A stretch of 64,000 bases of DNA, from positions 25,296,001-25,360,000 of the forward strand of contig NC_092344.1 in the NCBI RefSeq assembly GCF_963676685.1, given 5' to 3'. The notes under the pieces are model-generated. The model had not been told where the DNA came from. It worked only from the letters and a program-made list of their open reading frames with translations, and searched no databases. The position numbers and the translations under genes were made by a program. Shown one piece after another: positions 36,085 to 49,540 of the stretch (the stretch's first letter is position 1; each line of letters opens with the position of its first letter). The stretch comes from Mytilus edulis. Taxonomy: Eukaryota.

Positions 36085-36470
36085 GCTGTGACAACTTCGT
36101 AGTGATTGATGCCAGTTAGATGTCGAAGATAGATTGCCTGAACATTAATTTTGTTTTTGTTACATAATTGAGATGAAGAATATTTAATCCAAGAATCATT
36201 GTAATAAGTGTAAATGTCAGTTTTAAGCAGGTCTGCACATGCTAAAATCTCCAACTCAGTTCCCCATACATTATTTTCTTTCATCTGGAGAGTCTGTATG
36301 TGCTCTTCAACAGTTTTAAATCTTGGTTGTAAAAACGATTTAAACATTTCTGCATTTCTTATCAAATGATCAACTATAGCTTTTCTTATATTTCCATAAA
36401 ACTCTTGTCTATTTGAAAGTGCATATGAAATAGCTCGAAACAAACAATTTCCATCACCTGTGATAGATTT
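36085..36470 (-). other. OTU cysteine protease/deubiquitinase domain in the Helitron ORF
   Basis: ITGDGNCLFRAIS ... WGTELEI ... NHYEVV. Confidence 0.9.
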
Positions 36471-36889
36471 TGTAGTAGATGGTGGGCCCATATCAAAAAT
36501 AGTATTGGTGATTTGCTTGTGAATATGCTTGGTTGGTATCTTAACAATGAGACAAAGCTTTTTCTTTGCAATAGTGTTGATTGGTTTAAAATCATAAGAC
36601 AAGTCAGTTGCAGACACAATTTCAACATCAGATTCATTCTTGTTGGTATTATCATTGGCATTACTTTCAGAGCTATAAATGTCAAATGTTTGGTTTATGT
36701 TTTCGTGAACTTTTGTAAGGTCTGGACCTTTCTCGTTTTCTACTTCAACAATTTCAGGCAGCTCATAGTCACTGGTGTTCATTGTTTCATGGTTTCCAAT
36801 ATTGCTATAGTTCGTGTTGTTCATTTGTTCATGGTTTTCAGGAACTTTATGATCACTGTTGTACATAACAGGTTCTTCAACTATAGAGA

Positions 36890-37480
36890 TGCTTACTCCT
36901 GTAACCTCAAACCACTGATTTTGACTTGCTCCTGGTACCATGTTGCAACAGTATTGATAAAGATGATCAAGACTGCTCAATTTTAAAAGTAAACTTTTGC
37001 CATTACTGTGCTTTAAACCAAACTCGTTTCTTGCATGTGAATCAAACAAAAATAAATCTTGGCCATGTTTCAAGGCTAAAAATGAAGTATCATATGCACA
37101 TATAAAACAAGCATCATAATCTACAAGGGATTCCTGTAAAGCTTGGTCTAATGGCAAAGAATTACCAAATTCACTAAAATCAATGGTTTCTGATGTATCT
37201 ATAACAGCAGATATCGACTCTTTTAGTGACAATTGCATCAATGTGCCTGATATATCTAATATTGGTGGTAGGTCGGATATTAATAAGTGATGATTATTAC
37301 CACTAACACGGCTATATAAATCGTTTCCATAAATCAGAACTTTATCTAAATATTTCTGATCCCAATAGGTTAAATCTTTCAATTTACCAAAAGCAAGAGC
37401 TGAACAACAATTTGCCACACATTGCTTACCACTGTTTAAACCAAACCTTAAATCTCCTTGGTGAAAACTACCTTGCACAA
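36890..37480 (-). other. Herpesvirus tegument-type (peptidase C76-like) deubiquitinase domain in the Helitron ORF
   Basis: QGSFHQGDLRFG.NSGKQCVAN ... W....LDKVLIYGNDLY ... LFLFDSHAR. Confidence 0.85.
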
Positions 37481-38114
37481 TTGTATTTCTAATACCTGAT
37501 CTACTAACTTTTACACAATCCTTAACCTTAGCTGTGTTTATTTTGTTGTTGCATTGTGCTTTGAATGAGGTTTTGTTCTTTATTTTACTTTGATATTGTT
37601 CCATTTGAACTTTATTCATAAGTACTGTTTCACTCTCGGTTTCTATACATGGACAATTGTGGTTTAGATCTAGTTGTTTGATCAAATTTTCATACTTCTT
37701 TTTAACAATCCTATTTTCATCCTGTTTTTCTGTCTGATTTTGATCCAGTTTTTCTGTCTGATTTTGAACAATTTTTTTATCCAGTTTTTCAATCCGATTT
37801 TTATCCAGTTTTTCAATCCTATTTTTATCCAGTTTTTTAACCTGATTCTGGTCTAGTTTTTCTGTCTGATTTTGTATTTCACTTTTATTCTGATATATAT
37901 TATCATCTTTATTTCTCTTGTATTGATAGTTTGTAGAGCTGACGCTCTGATCTAGTTTTTCAGTTTCATACTCATATAAATGTTCAATTCTATTCTCTAA
38001 TATATTTTCTATTTCATTTTCTAATATATTTTCTATTTCATTTTCTACTAATATAATTTCATCTTTTTCTACAGTATATTGACAGTGTAAAGATATAATG
38101 CTTTCATCTAAATC

Positions 38115-38510
38115 AAAATCATGACAGTTTTGAGAGATGACGCTCTGATCTAAATCATGACAGTTTTGAGAGATGACGCTCTGATCTAAATCATGACAGT
38201 TTTGAGAGATGACGCTCTGATCTAATTCATGACAGTTTTTAGAGATGACGCTCTGATCTAAATCATGACATTTTTGAGAGATGACGCTCTGATCTAAATC
38301 AAGACAGTTTTGAGAGATGACGCTCTGATCTAAATCATGACATTTTTGAGAGATGACGCTCTGATCTAAATCATGAGAGTTTTGAGAGATGACGCTCTGA
38401 TCTAAATCAAGACAGTTTTGAGAGATGGCGCTCTGATCTAAATCATGACATTTTTGAGAGATGACGCTCTGATCTAAATCATGACATTTTTGAGAGATGA
38501 CGCTCTGATC
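38115..38510 (-). repeat. Coding minisatellite, 11 x 36 bp (DQSVISQ[K/N]C[H/L]DL)
   Basis: gagagatgacgctctgatctaaatcatgaca repeated in frame. Confidence 0.95.
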
Positions 38511-39917
38511 TATATTTTGAAAGTTTAGAGAGGCGTTGCTCTGATGTTCACTATTTGATTGGTTGTTGCACTGACCATCCCTAAGCTTGTTGTTTTTTTC
38601 CTGTCTTTTTCTCATTCTTTCTTTATTTTCTTTCACCTTGGTACTTCTTGCCTTTTTACTTTTTTTTGGCATTATCTGAAAAAGAAAAAAAAAAAGAAAT
38701 ATTATTTAATATCTTATATTCTAGTTTCTCAAATAATAGAAACAAGATGTGTCGGAGTAAACTACATTTGCAATGTACATGTATCAGTTCCACAGCGCTG
38801 AATACTATACAGTTAAAATATTGCACCAACTCATACTTGTGCAATCAAAATTTGTATTCATATCAAAATCAGGAAAACCCTGAAAGTAAATTAGCTTCCT
38901 TAAAAAGTTTGTCTAGTTGTCATCATTTTTGCAGACTGACGTATATTCATAAAAGCATCATGTTTTTTTTATTGATTACTATAGTATGTGTTTAGATCAT
39001 TGTTGCATAGTGTACAGTGGCTTTGGTCATCAATTCTTTTTAACTTAGTACTTTATTTGGCCTTTTAACTTTTTTGGATTCGAGCGTCACTGAAGTCTTA
39101 ATTTGTAGAGGAAACACACGTCTGGCTTAAATACAAAATTTAATCCTGGTATCTATGATGAGTTTATTGTAGTTTGTCAACTTTATTGCAGTTGATCTAT
39201 GTTTGATAGTTTGTAATTTGTACTTGTTACAAATCTAATATAGTTATGTATTTTGTTGACAATAGACAACTGATGTTTCCATGTCTCTAATTCTCATATA
39301 CCTGAAAACTACAATTTGACAAATATTTAGCAAACAGTTATACACACGGCAGTAATCCATATTTTTTGTTTGTTTGGAGGTGCTTTTAACTTATTTAATT
39401 ATCTAGACTTTTAATCTAAATGTTAACATTTAAAGATGACAAAAAGTATAATTATGTTGATAGTCTTATGCTTGGTATCCAGTAGCAAATATTTCTTGCA
39501 TGGTCAGGAAGAATAATCATGCCAACAACAGTGTTGTTGCAGTTTCACAACTTATTAGAATTAAGAACTATAAGAATGTGTTGGTTTGATTGCCAATGAG
39601 ACATATAACCACCAAAACCCAAAAGACAAGGATGAAACAACTACATGATTGTACTGCGATCCACAAACAGCCCACTGCATAGTATGCTAAGAATTTCCCT
39701 GTGATAACAAATACCTTGCAATGATTCTATATATATATGTAATATAGAGACAACTTATTATCGATGATGCCGGAAAAGATCGCTCATAAAAAAAACCATA
39801 CCAGTACTTTTTGACGCAGTCATAAACAAGACATATGCATGACAAAAATTTTCAATCATAAGGCATCTATGTCAAGTATGTACAGGATATTTACACATTT
39901 TTTTTTTATCTTTATGT

Positions 39918-41790
39918 AAATAGGGATTGTGTCCATGAGACGCAGATGGTACCCCCACTAACATATCATATCAAGTTATAAACGGACATAACCATTTATG
40001 ACAGAAAAGTGACGCTACCCAAATTTGTACTTGATCTGAGTTAGGTGGTAATGAGTACTGAGTATTGTGTATAAGTAAAATGATATTTGGTTGAAACAAA
40101 TTAAAGTCAGGGAAGGGAAATGAAAATTTCTGCAAATTTTTATTTCTAAAGGGGCATAACTTCAGAACAGAAAAGATGACGCCACCAAAATTCTAGGGTA
40201 AACTGTGTTTCTTGGTAATACCCAATGTGAATAAGTTTCATAACATTTGGTTTAGACAAACTTAAGTAAGAAAACGGAAACAACCATTCAGCAATTTTTC
40301 CATTTGTAAAGGGACATAACTCCAGAATGGTTTAAGCGATGCCACCAAAATGAGATCTTGATCTGTATTTTGTGCTTATAAACATTGTGTGTAAGTTTCA
40401 TTTCATTTGGTGGAGGAAACTGAAGTTGGAGAACAGAAACAAAACAACAGGAGGCTGTCACAACGACAGCAAACCGGATTTATTTACATTTATTTGTGTC
40501 CTGGCAATATCACAAGAACCATTACTGATGAATGGTGAAAGTGAAAATCATCAATATCAAATTTGACCTCCATTTTGTCATCAGTATCAACATTTTGAAA
40601 TAATAATATTTGAAAAGCTTAGATTGAATGGTTCATGAGTAAATGCAACAACGTGAATGGAAACACCATTTTACGATCTTTCAAGAACCATAACTCCTGA
40701 ACGGTAAAAGTCAAAATCGTCATTATGGAACTTGACCTCTATTTTGTCATCAGTAACAACATATTAAAATTTCAAAAGCTTTGGTTGAATGGTTCATGAG
40801 AAAATGCACGGACACGACGGGAAACACCATTTTTCAATCTTTCAAGAACCATAACTCCTGAACGGTAAAAGTCAAAATCGTCATTATTGAACTTGACCTC
40901 CATTTTGTCATCAGTAACAGCATATTAAAATTTCGGAAGCTTTGCTAGAACAGTTCATGCATAAATGCACGGACACATCTGGAAACTCCATTTTTCAATC
41001 TTTCAAGAACCATAACTCCTGAACGGTTAAAGTCAAAATCGTCATTATTGAACTTGACCTCCATTCTGTCATCAGTAACAACATATTAAAATTTGGGAAG
41101 CTTTAGTTGAACAGTTCATGAGTAAATGCACGGACACGACTGAAAACTCCATTTTTCAATCTTTCAAGAACCATAACTCCTGAACGGTAAAAGTCAAAAT
41201 CGTCATTATTGAACTTGACCTTCGTATAGTTGTCAGTAATAACATATTAAAATTTTAAAAGCTTTGGTTGAACGGTTCATGAGTAAATGCACGGACAACA
41301 TTTGATTGCCGCCTTTCAAGAACCATAACTCCTGAACGGTAAAAGTCAAAATCGCCATTATTGAAATTGACCTTTGTATAGTTGTCAGTAATAACATATT
41401 AAAATTTTAAAAGCTTTGGTTGAACGGTTCATGAGTTAATGCACGGACAACATTTGATTGCCGCCCGCCCGCCCGACCGCCCGGCCGCCCGCCGTACATC
41501 CCCAAATCAATAACCGACATTTTTGTCACAAAAATCCGGTTAAAAATTGTGCAATTTTTCAATTTGTAAAGGGCATAACTCAAGAGTGGTAAAGTGACAT
41601 CACCAAAATTCAAACTTGATCTCAGTTTGCTAAAAATAAGTATTGTGTGTATGTTTCATAACATTTGGTTAAGGCAAATTTAAGTTGGAGAAAGGAAACC
41701 TACTTTAGGATTTACTGAAGGGTAAAACTTAATGCCCCCTCGGCTTAGACAAGGGGCATAAAATCCTCCACTTAGCGGGGGGCATAAAAA
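39918..41790 (+). mobile_element. HINE-like non-autonomous element interrupted by a second HINE
   Basis: Starts aatagggattgtgtccatgag; repeats of aaggggcataact..gacgccaccaaaatt; ends in hairpin atgcccc..ggggcataaa; repeats resume after 41546. Confidence 0.55.
40446..41546 (+). mobile_element. Helentron-derived HINE / pearl-like element with ~161-bp internal tandem repeats
   Basis: Subterminal inverted repeat aaccggattt (40472) / aaatccggtt (41532); about six ~161-bp units (tcaagaaccataactcctgaacgg); (CCGC)n microsatellite at ~41460. Confidence 0.75.
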
Positions 41791-43662
41791 TAATGAGCAA
41801 CTGTTGAAGTAGCCAAAAGGTAAAGAGCCCCTATGGATTGAACTCATTGTTGAACGGATGGACTAAACAATTTTAACATTCAAATGTCACTGGAGAAACA
41901 AGGAGCAGTTAGTCTGCTTTAATATAAAATGACAATATAATACACTTTTTTCACAAGCCTGATAATATTGCTATATTATATAGGTCAATCCTGATTTTTT
42001 TATTTGGGTTGAAGTTTACAGAGGCTGATTAAGGGGGGCCATGGCCCCACCTTTTGAGAAAAAATTGGTTGATTATATAGGGAACCACTGAAGCGTGCGT
42101 GAGTCCAAAACTTATGAAAATTTCTAAACTCACTGGTTTATCCATCTCATCATAGAAGACCTAACAACAAACTCATCATCAATGTAGATACCAGGATTGA
42201 AATTTTATATTTGTGCCAGACATGCACTTCATCTACAAAAAAACTTATCAGTGATGCTCAAATAATTTAAAAAAAAAGGCCAAAAAAAGTATGAAGCTGA
42301 AGAGCAATGTATAATTATAATTTCATTATTTTAAGGTAACAATGTTGTGTCAATGTGAATCCATACACAATACTGAAATAGTTCTTTCTTAAATAGTGGC
42401 AATGAAGTAATCAAAACACACATTTTTTTCTCACATAAAGATGCATCATTTTAAAAAGTTATTTTTCTCTGGGGCAAGGGCATATATGTACGCCTTCGCT
42501 TCTTCTCATGATTATTTACATCTATAATTAAGATCAAACAAAATGATATTATTATGAATAAAATATCTAATACATCTACAATATATTCTTCTTTATTTTC
42601 TAATGACTCCTACCAAGTGTAATCTGTTTATGTATCCAGGAATAAAAACCAGATTAGTTCAAGGACTTCACTGTGACCTATAAATGAAAAAGTAATAAAA
42701 TATAGCATATAAATTGGCATAACAATCATGCCTAAGTTTTAAGTTCTGTGCATTTGTTGATAAATAATAGGGAATGTGTCCATAGGGACACAGATGCTGC
42801 CCCAGCTAGCATATTACATTATAACAGGACAAAACTCAATAACTGTATAAGTGACACTTCCAAAATTTGAACTTAAACTGAATTAAGTGGTAATAAACAA
42901 TATAAATGCATTCTATTGAATTTAGTTGAGAAAAACTTGAGTTAGAGAACAGAAACAAAATATCCTATAAGGTTATAAAGGGACAAAACTGAAGAACATT
43001 TATCAAAGTGTTTGTAAGCACCAATGGGTAAAGATTGTTTATTTTTTTCAGTTTACATTACATTGTATTACGCATTGACTTTTCATTCTCATAAAAATAT
43101 TTTTGATCAATGAAAGTCAGATTTCCGGTATTAATATGCTAGCATGATAAAGTGTTCATTTTATATCCTCATAGTTCTTGTACATATGGGAAATAATTAT
43201 TTCTTTCTTTTACAATTCAAGATACGTTTACAGCATACATGTATGTTTATATTACTGTTTTCTTTAGGTGACATGTTTATGGCCTAATCAACACCTTTGA
43301 TGGTCTTTAATCTGTTGATCACTTTATCATGGGTTTATATAGTGTTATCACTACAATTTGCACACCGGGTCAATGTTTACTTTGCAATTTCCTTCAATCC
43401 AGACTATTTGAAACCTTCCTTTCTAAAGTCTTTAATTTTTCAATTATTTTTTATTAGAAAACTAAAATCCACAAATTTAAAAACCCACGAACATGTTAAT
43501 ATTGCTCAAACCACGAAAATTGATACCCACGAATTGAAGTACTTTCACAGTATACCTTGTGTAAATTCTATATTCAAAATGAAGTTTTTCCACACATTTT
43601 GCCCACATCATAATGTGATTTTAGACTCATGTTGTGGACATGCCAATCAGTATATTACAATT

Positions 43663-44762
43663 ACAAGAGTGCACATGCTGAAATGTCTCGCCTTCTATAC
43701 TAATCATTGATATTATGTTGATAGTCCTAAGTATAAAGCTAAGCTTTATTACAACTGTCACATAAACTTAACATTAACCAAGATAACTAAACAAAGACCA
43801 ATGAACCTTAAAAAAGAGGTCCAGGTCGGATGAACCATGCCAGGCAGACAGGTACAGCTAAAAATGCTTCTATACAACATATATAGTTGACACATTACTT
43901 ATAGTTTAAGAAAAATAGACCAAAACACAAAAACTTAACACTGTGCAATGAACCGTGAAAATGAAGTCACGGTTAAATAAAACCTGCTCGACTGACATAA
44001 AGATCATAAAATATTTCCATACACCAAATATAGTTGACCTATGGCATATAGCATTAGATAAAAAGACCAAAACTCAAAAACTTAACTTTGACCACTGAAC
44101 CATGAAAATGAGGTCAAGGTCACATGACATCTGCCCGCTAGACATGTACACTTAACAATCATTCCATACAACAAATATAGTAGACCTATTGCATATGGTA
44201 TGAGAAAAACAGACCAAAACACAAAAATTTAACTATAACCACTGAACCATGAAAATGAGGTCAAGGTCAGATGACACCTGCCAGTTGGACATGTATACCT
44301 TACAGTCCTTCCATACACCGAATATACTAGCCCTATTGCTTATAGTATCTGAGATATGGACTTGACCACCAAAACTTAACCTTGTTCACTGATCCATGAA
44401 ATGAGGTTGAGGTCAAGTGAAAACTGTCTGACAGACACGAGGACCTTGCAAGGTACGCACATATCAAATATAGTTATCCTATTACTTATAATAAGAGAGA
44501 ATTCAACATTACAAAAAATTTGAACTTTTTTTTCAAGTGGTCACTGAACCATGAAAATGAGGTCAAGGACATTGGACATGTGACTGACAGAAACTTCGTA
44601 ACATGAAGCATCTATATACAAAGTATGAAGCATCCAGGTCTTCCACCTTGTAAAATATAAAGCTTTTAAGAAGTGAGCTAACGCCGCCGCCGTAGCCCCC
44701 GCCGCCGGATCACTATCCCTATGTTGAGCTTTCTGCAACAAAAATTGCAGGCTCGACAAAAA
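43663..44762 (+). mobile_element. HINE / pearl-like element with ~150-bp tandem core repeats
   Basis: Repeats of accactgaaccatgaaaatgaggtcaaggtca; (GCC)n at ~44683; terminal hairpin tgttgagc..ctgcaa..ttgcaggctcgaca followed by an A tract. Confidence 0.75.
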
Positions 44763-45513
44763 CTAAGTTTTATTGAATTCATGAAACTTTTGGTATTACA
44801 TAAGTTAGGTGAAGGTAACTTTATACATGTTATATGTGTTTGCTTTCTAATCTTTTGATAATAAAAATGTGTCTGATGAAGACTTCTAACAGTTTATCAT
44901 TCATGCTCCTTGATTCAGGAAACCTTAATTACTAAACAGCATGAGATCACACCTGGTTTTTGTGTCTGTCCTTAAGACTGTCATGTCAGACACATTGTCT
45001 CTCAAAGTTATCAATCTTAGTATGTCCTTAAGAGTACTGTACCTTTACATGTCTGATTCTTAACTTTTGGCGTTAAATGTATTAAATGTAGGCACCATTT
45101 ATTTTTTCATTGTTTAACCTGTTGGTCTAACTTGAGTTTGATTAAGAAACCAGTCATGTGCATATTGCAAGCATAACAGGATTTGTTTTATCACAAATCT
45201 TTGTCTGACTGAATAATCCTTACCAAGATATAAAGTGTGCAGCCAACTGGGACCTTTAGCTAATTTCACTGCTAATTCTCCAGTTATTATATTGTGATCT
45301 GAAAATCAAAATGGAATGTTAATAGAACTGACAAATTCTAAACACTAATATTTTCAGTATCAATATAAAATAGTAGTTACTGCAACTGGGATAAAAATGT
45401 CATTAAGCTTTGACATATTGTTATATATTTGTAATTAAAGAGTGGAAAATACTACACTGAATATTTCTTTCCAAAGTTTGGATTTTCAATTGATAATTAA
45501 CCCAGGACATTAA

Positions 45514-46204
45514 AGGGGCACTAGCTACGAGATATATAAAAATCTTAAGTTTGACTTTTTTTGTTCAATCAATAATGAAAGTAAAATAGTGAAATAACAA
45601 TTCGCTTTTTGCAGACAAAAAGGTTCAATTTTGTCAAATTACGCTCAGAAACATTGATAATTAGTAATTCACCCGCAAGTGAATGAGTCGACCTCTCTAA
45701 ATCTGTATTCATGTAAACTTCAATTTAATCCCTAGCTAGAGATTGACAACACATGCATTGTACGTGTACTGGTTATTTTAATAAAAAGAATGTCAACAAT
45801 GAAAGTGAAACTACGGTAAATCATTTGATTACTAATTCGATGCACATAAAATCATTTTTATACAGTTAAAGGCAATGAGAAACATATATTTTTAATCTAT
45901 AAAATAAAATCAAACAGACCTATTAAAAACCAATTGCACGTGTTGATTTAATCTATTCATATCTTTATTTATGTTTACATCGCTTATATGGTCATCTGAG
46001 GTCCAATCGATAGTTAATTAGATGGCGTCTGGACTAAAATACACACGTAACGAACCTATATCATGTATATATTATCTACCCCATGCTCTGTAAACTGTTT
46101 ATTTTAGAGTTTTGATAGTTTGGATAAAAGTTTTACATTGTTATAAATCAAATATGAGAATTTGAGTCAAATCGGTGACCATGAATTTGACAGCTAGTGC
46201 CCCT
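45514..46204. mobile_element. MITE with TTAA target duplication (Kolobok-like)
   Basis: TTAA|aggggcactagct ... agctagtgcccct|TTAA. Confidence 0.85.
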
Positions 46205-46782
46205 TTAAGAGCAAATTTGTCAATGTGGGGAAGGGTTCCTTTGTGTCCAAGGAAGAATACTTAAAATTTCTTTGCTTTCTAAACTTTTGGTCTCAAATGT
46301 GTTTTATTAGCTCACTGAATATTTTTTTCCTGTTTAAAATTAACAACTTATTCGTTTGCTTTCTGAAAATAATCTCAAATGTGTTTGATCTTTACTTTTG
46401 ATAGATGTCTAAACTTTTGATCTCTAAAGTGTTTGATGAAATTATTGCTTGCTTTCTAAATTTTTGGTTGCATATGTATTGAATGAAAATGAACTATTGG
46501 CAACTTTCTAGATTTTTGGTCTCAAATGTCATGAATGTGCTTAATTAAGAAACCTGTCATGTGCACCCGATGGTATGAACAGATTTGTTTAATGAATCAG
46601 ATTCTTAACATTCTTGTTGAATAATCCTTACTTAATTATACAGGATGCAACCAACTGTGACGATAGTACCAGTCAAATGCTTATTCTCCAATGCTAATTA
46701 TCTGAAAATAAAAAATAAAATATAATGGATCTTATTGTCTGTTTATGTAGTTAATAAGAGTGTCTCGTTACTCGTTTTTATG

Positions 46783-47447
46783 AATAAAATTGAGAATGGA
46801 AATGGGGAATGTGCCAAAGAGACAACAACCCGACCATAGAAAAAAACAACAGCAGAAGGTCACCAACAGGTCTTCAATGTACGAAGAAATTCCCGCACCC
46901 GGAGGCGTCCTTCAACTGGCCCCCTTTACAAATATATACTAGTTCAGTGATAATGAACACCATACTAATTTCCAAATTGTACACAAGAAACTAAAATTAA
47001 AATAATACAAGACTAACAAAGGCCAGAGGCTCCTGACTTGGGACAGGCGCAAAAATGCAGCGGAGTTAAACATGTTTGTGAGATCTCAACCCTCCCCCTA
47101 TACCTCTAGCCAATGTAGAAAAGTAAACACATAACAATACGCACATTAAAATTCAGTTCAAGAGAAGTCCGAGTCTGATGTCAGAAGATGTAACCAAAGA
47201 AAATAAATAAAATGACAATAATACATAATTAACAACAGACTACTAGCAGTTAACTGACATGCCAGCTCCAGACTTCAATTTAACTGACTGAAAGATTATG
47301 ATTTCATCATATGAACATCAGGCACAATCCTTCCCATTAGGGGTTTAGTATCATACCATCATAACATATATGAGAAGAACATAACCCGTGTCATGCCAAC
47401 AACTGGTTTTTGAATAAATGTGTTTAGTTCCGATGCAAAGACCCTAT
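46783..47447 (+). mobile_element. High-copy interspersed element (aataaaattgagaatggaaatggggaatgtg head); fragments at 1-72 (minus), 8822-8953 and 47727-47778
   Basis: Near-identical head sequence at four places in the window. Confidence 0.75.
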
Positions 47448-49540
47448 AACTTTCTAGATTTTTGGTCTCAAATGTCATGAATGTGCTTAATTAAGAAACC
47501 TGTCATGTGCACCCGATGGTATGAACAGATTTGTTTAATGAATCAGATTCTTAACATTCTTGTTGAATAATCCTTACTTAATTATACAGGATGCAACCAA
47601 CTGTGACGATATTACCAGTCAAATGCTTATTCTCCAATGCTAATTATCTGAAAATAAAAAATAAAATATAATGGATCTTATTGTGTTTATGTAGTTAATA
47701 AGAGTGTCTCGTTACTCGTTTTTATGAATAAAATTGAGAATGGAAATGGGGAATGTGCCAAAGAGTCAACAACCCGACAGTTTTCCTTATGAATGGTATT
47801 ACACTAGTAATTTTTGGGGCCCTTCTTAGCTTGCTGTTTGGCATGAGCTAAGGCTCGGTGTTGAAGGCTGTACCTTGACCTATAATGGTTTACTTTTATG
47901 AATTGATACTTGGATGGAGAGTTGTTATGAAGCTACGGCATATTGTCAGGAAAAAAGTAGACAATATAAATGTAATTGAGAAAAAAGGTACATACATGAC
48001 ATATGAGATATATTGACGCTATATTTTTATTCATATGTATATTGATGGTCAATATCAAAATCCATTGCTAAATTCAGATTTATGACTTCATGACGTCACA
48101 CATAACAACCATTGAGGAAGTGCTGCAGCCATTGAAAGTAAATTTGCAAGTTTTTCAGAAGGAGATATCAAGAATTTTACGTTTTTAAATGCAAAAGCTG
48201 AAAATACAAGAAAGCTAACACAACAAACTATATCATGTATAAAGTTGTTCAAGGAAGACTGATATTATCAAGAACATGTTACAATTTTTGCAAAATACAA
48301 TTGAAGAATACACAGAAAGAACATTACGCACCATTTTCCTTATACATTATTTACACATATAATATAAAAATTAAGGACGCCAGAGTTTACCCAATATATG
48401 TTTATTCACTTACATATAAATGGATTATATTTGGCTGTTCAAAATGGTTGCGCCGTTTCGTTGCTTCAAAAAAGAGATTGGATCTAAAAACAAATTGGGC
48501 CTCAATTTGTTAATTTTTTATTTATCTCCTCCTATAGCATGTATAGATAAGTTTCATCTCCATTTTTACCTGCCATCCTTTATTTTCTCATATTTGAACA
48601 ATTTTCATCAGTCACAGTCAGGTGCCGAGGGAGAAAAAGTAAGGCGCAATGTATTATGGGAGTCAATATGATCAAACATAACATGCATAATCTCACACCT
48701 TGTTTATTTACAACACAAATATGGCCCAGTGTTTTATGATCATGTTCTTTATTTAGCATAACATTTTGCATACTTAAGTCTTGATGCTGGGTATATCCAT
48801 TTTATTATGTGGGATGTCAGAGCTTACTCCAAATAATTATTTTGTCTTCAATTTGAAAGGCTAATTTATAATTTTCCTTTCGATGCCTTGCAAGACGTCA
48901 CAATTGTTTGGACTAGGACGTCCCATACCTATGGCCAAAGCTTGTCTGGCAAACCAACTGACATCAATCGCTGAACACCCTGAGAATAGAAGATTTTGCG
49001 TTTTCAACCAGTTAAGTCAGGCCAATAAAGACCATATTTGTCAATATATATCTTATCCCTACATGCCCTATTTGACATCACAAAAGTTCCCGTGAAATTT
49101 TTACTTCATAATAGAAAATATCTGATGCCACAAATGAAAAGTGATTGTTTTATGACTTCAAAACTTCAAGGGGGACATATTTCCATATAGGCTATAGCGT
49201 GAATCCGGATCTGTTTGCGCCCAATCACATTCATACCCTACAATTTGTGCCCAATTTTTTATTGGTTTTGTGTTTAATCATAATTAATATATTATGATAA
49301 TAATAATGACTTTTGGCAAAATACTTGTATATTCCTATAAGTATAATTTGTTGTCATCGTCCCCAAAAAACTGACATTTTCTGATGTTGAATAAATCTTA
49401 ATCATGTGCATGTGATGGATAGCCTATTGTTAAAAAAAAAAAATCTAAATGAAGTGAGATTATTTTTTTTATTTATGTCAATGTATTTTTGTTGTGTTGA
49501 ATAAATCTTAAATTCTTAATCATGTTTTTGTTAGAGTTAA

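Larger units (their letters stand above)
32826..38672 (-). mobile_element. Helitron/Helentron Rep polyprotein ORF, 3'-truncated before the Pif1 helicase
   Basis: One reading frame after removing a +1 A (35048-35054; restores LPRSEDESLLLKVKLKRKLNYKG, DUF6570-like) and reading through TGA 33170-33172 ([14 protein letters not shown]). Rep motifs IRQLGVPTFF.SFS.AD..W, EFQQRGSPHTH (HUH), CRFNFP, NMDIQY, YIISYISK. Continues NIVDRY..RP..CLARF.SEY, then ends in the junction array. Splice acceptor just before the ATG. Confidence 0.93.

Noticed and set aside
21368-37856. Short antisense or alternate-frame ORFs over the Polinton and Helitron genes (e.g. 23195-23587, 33492-33884, 36513-36986)
   Set aside because: Shadow ORFs of real coding strands with no recognisable motifs
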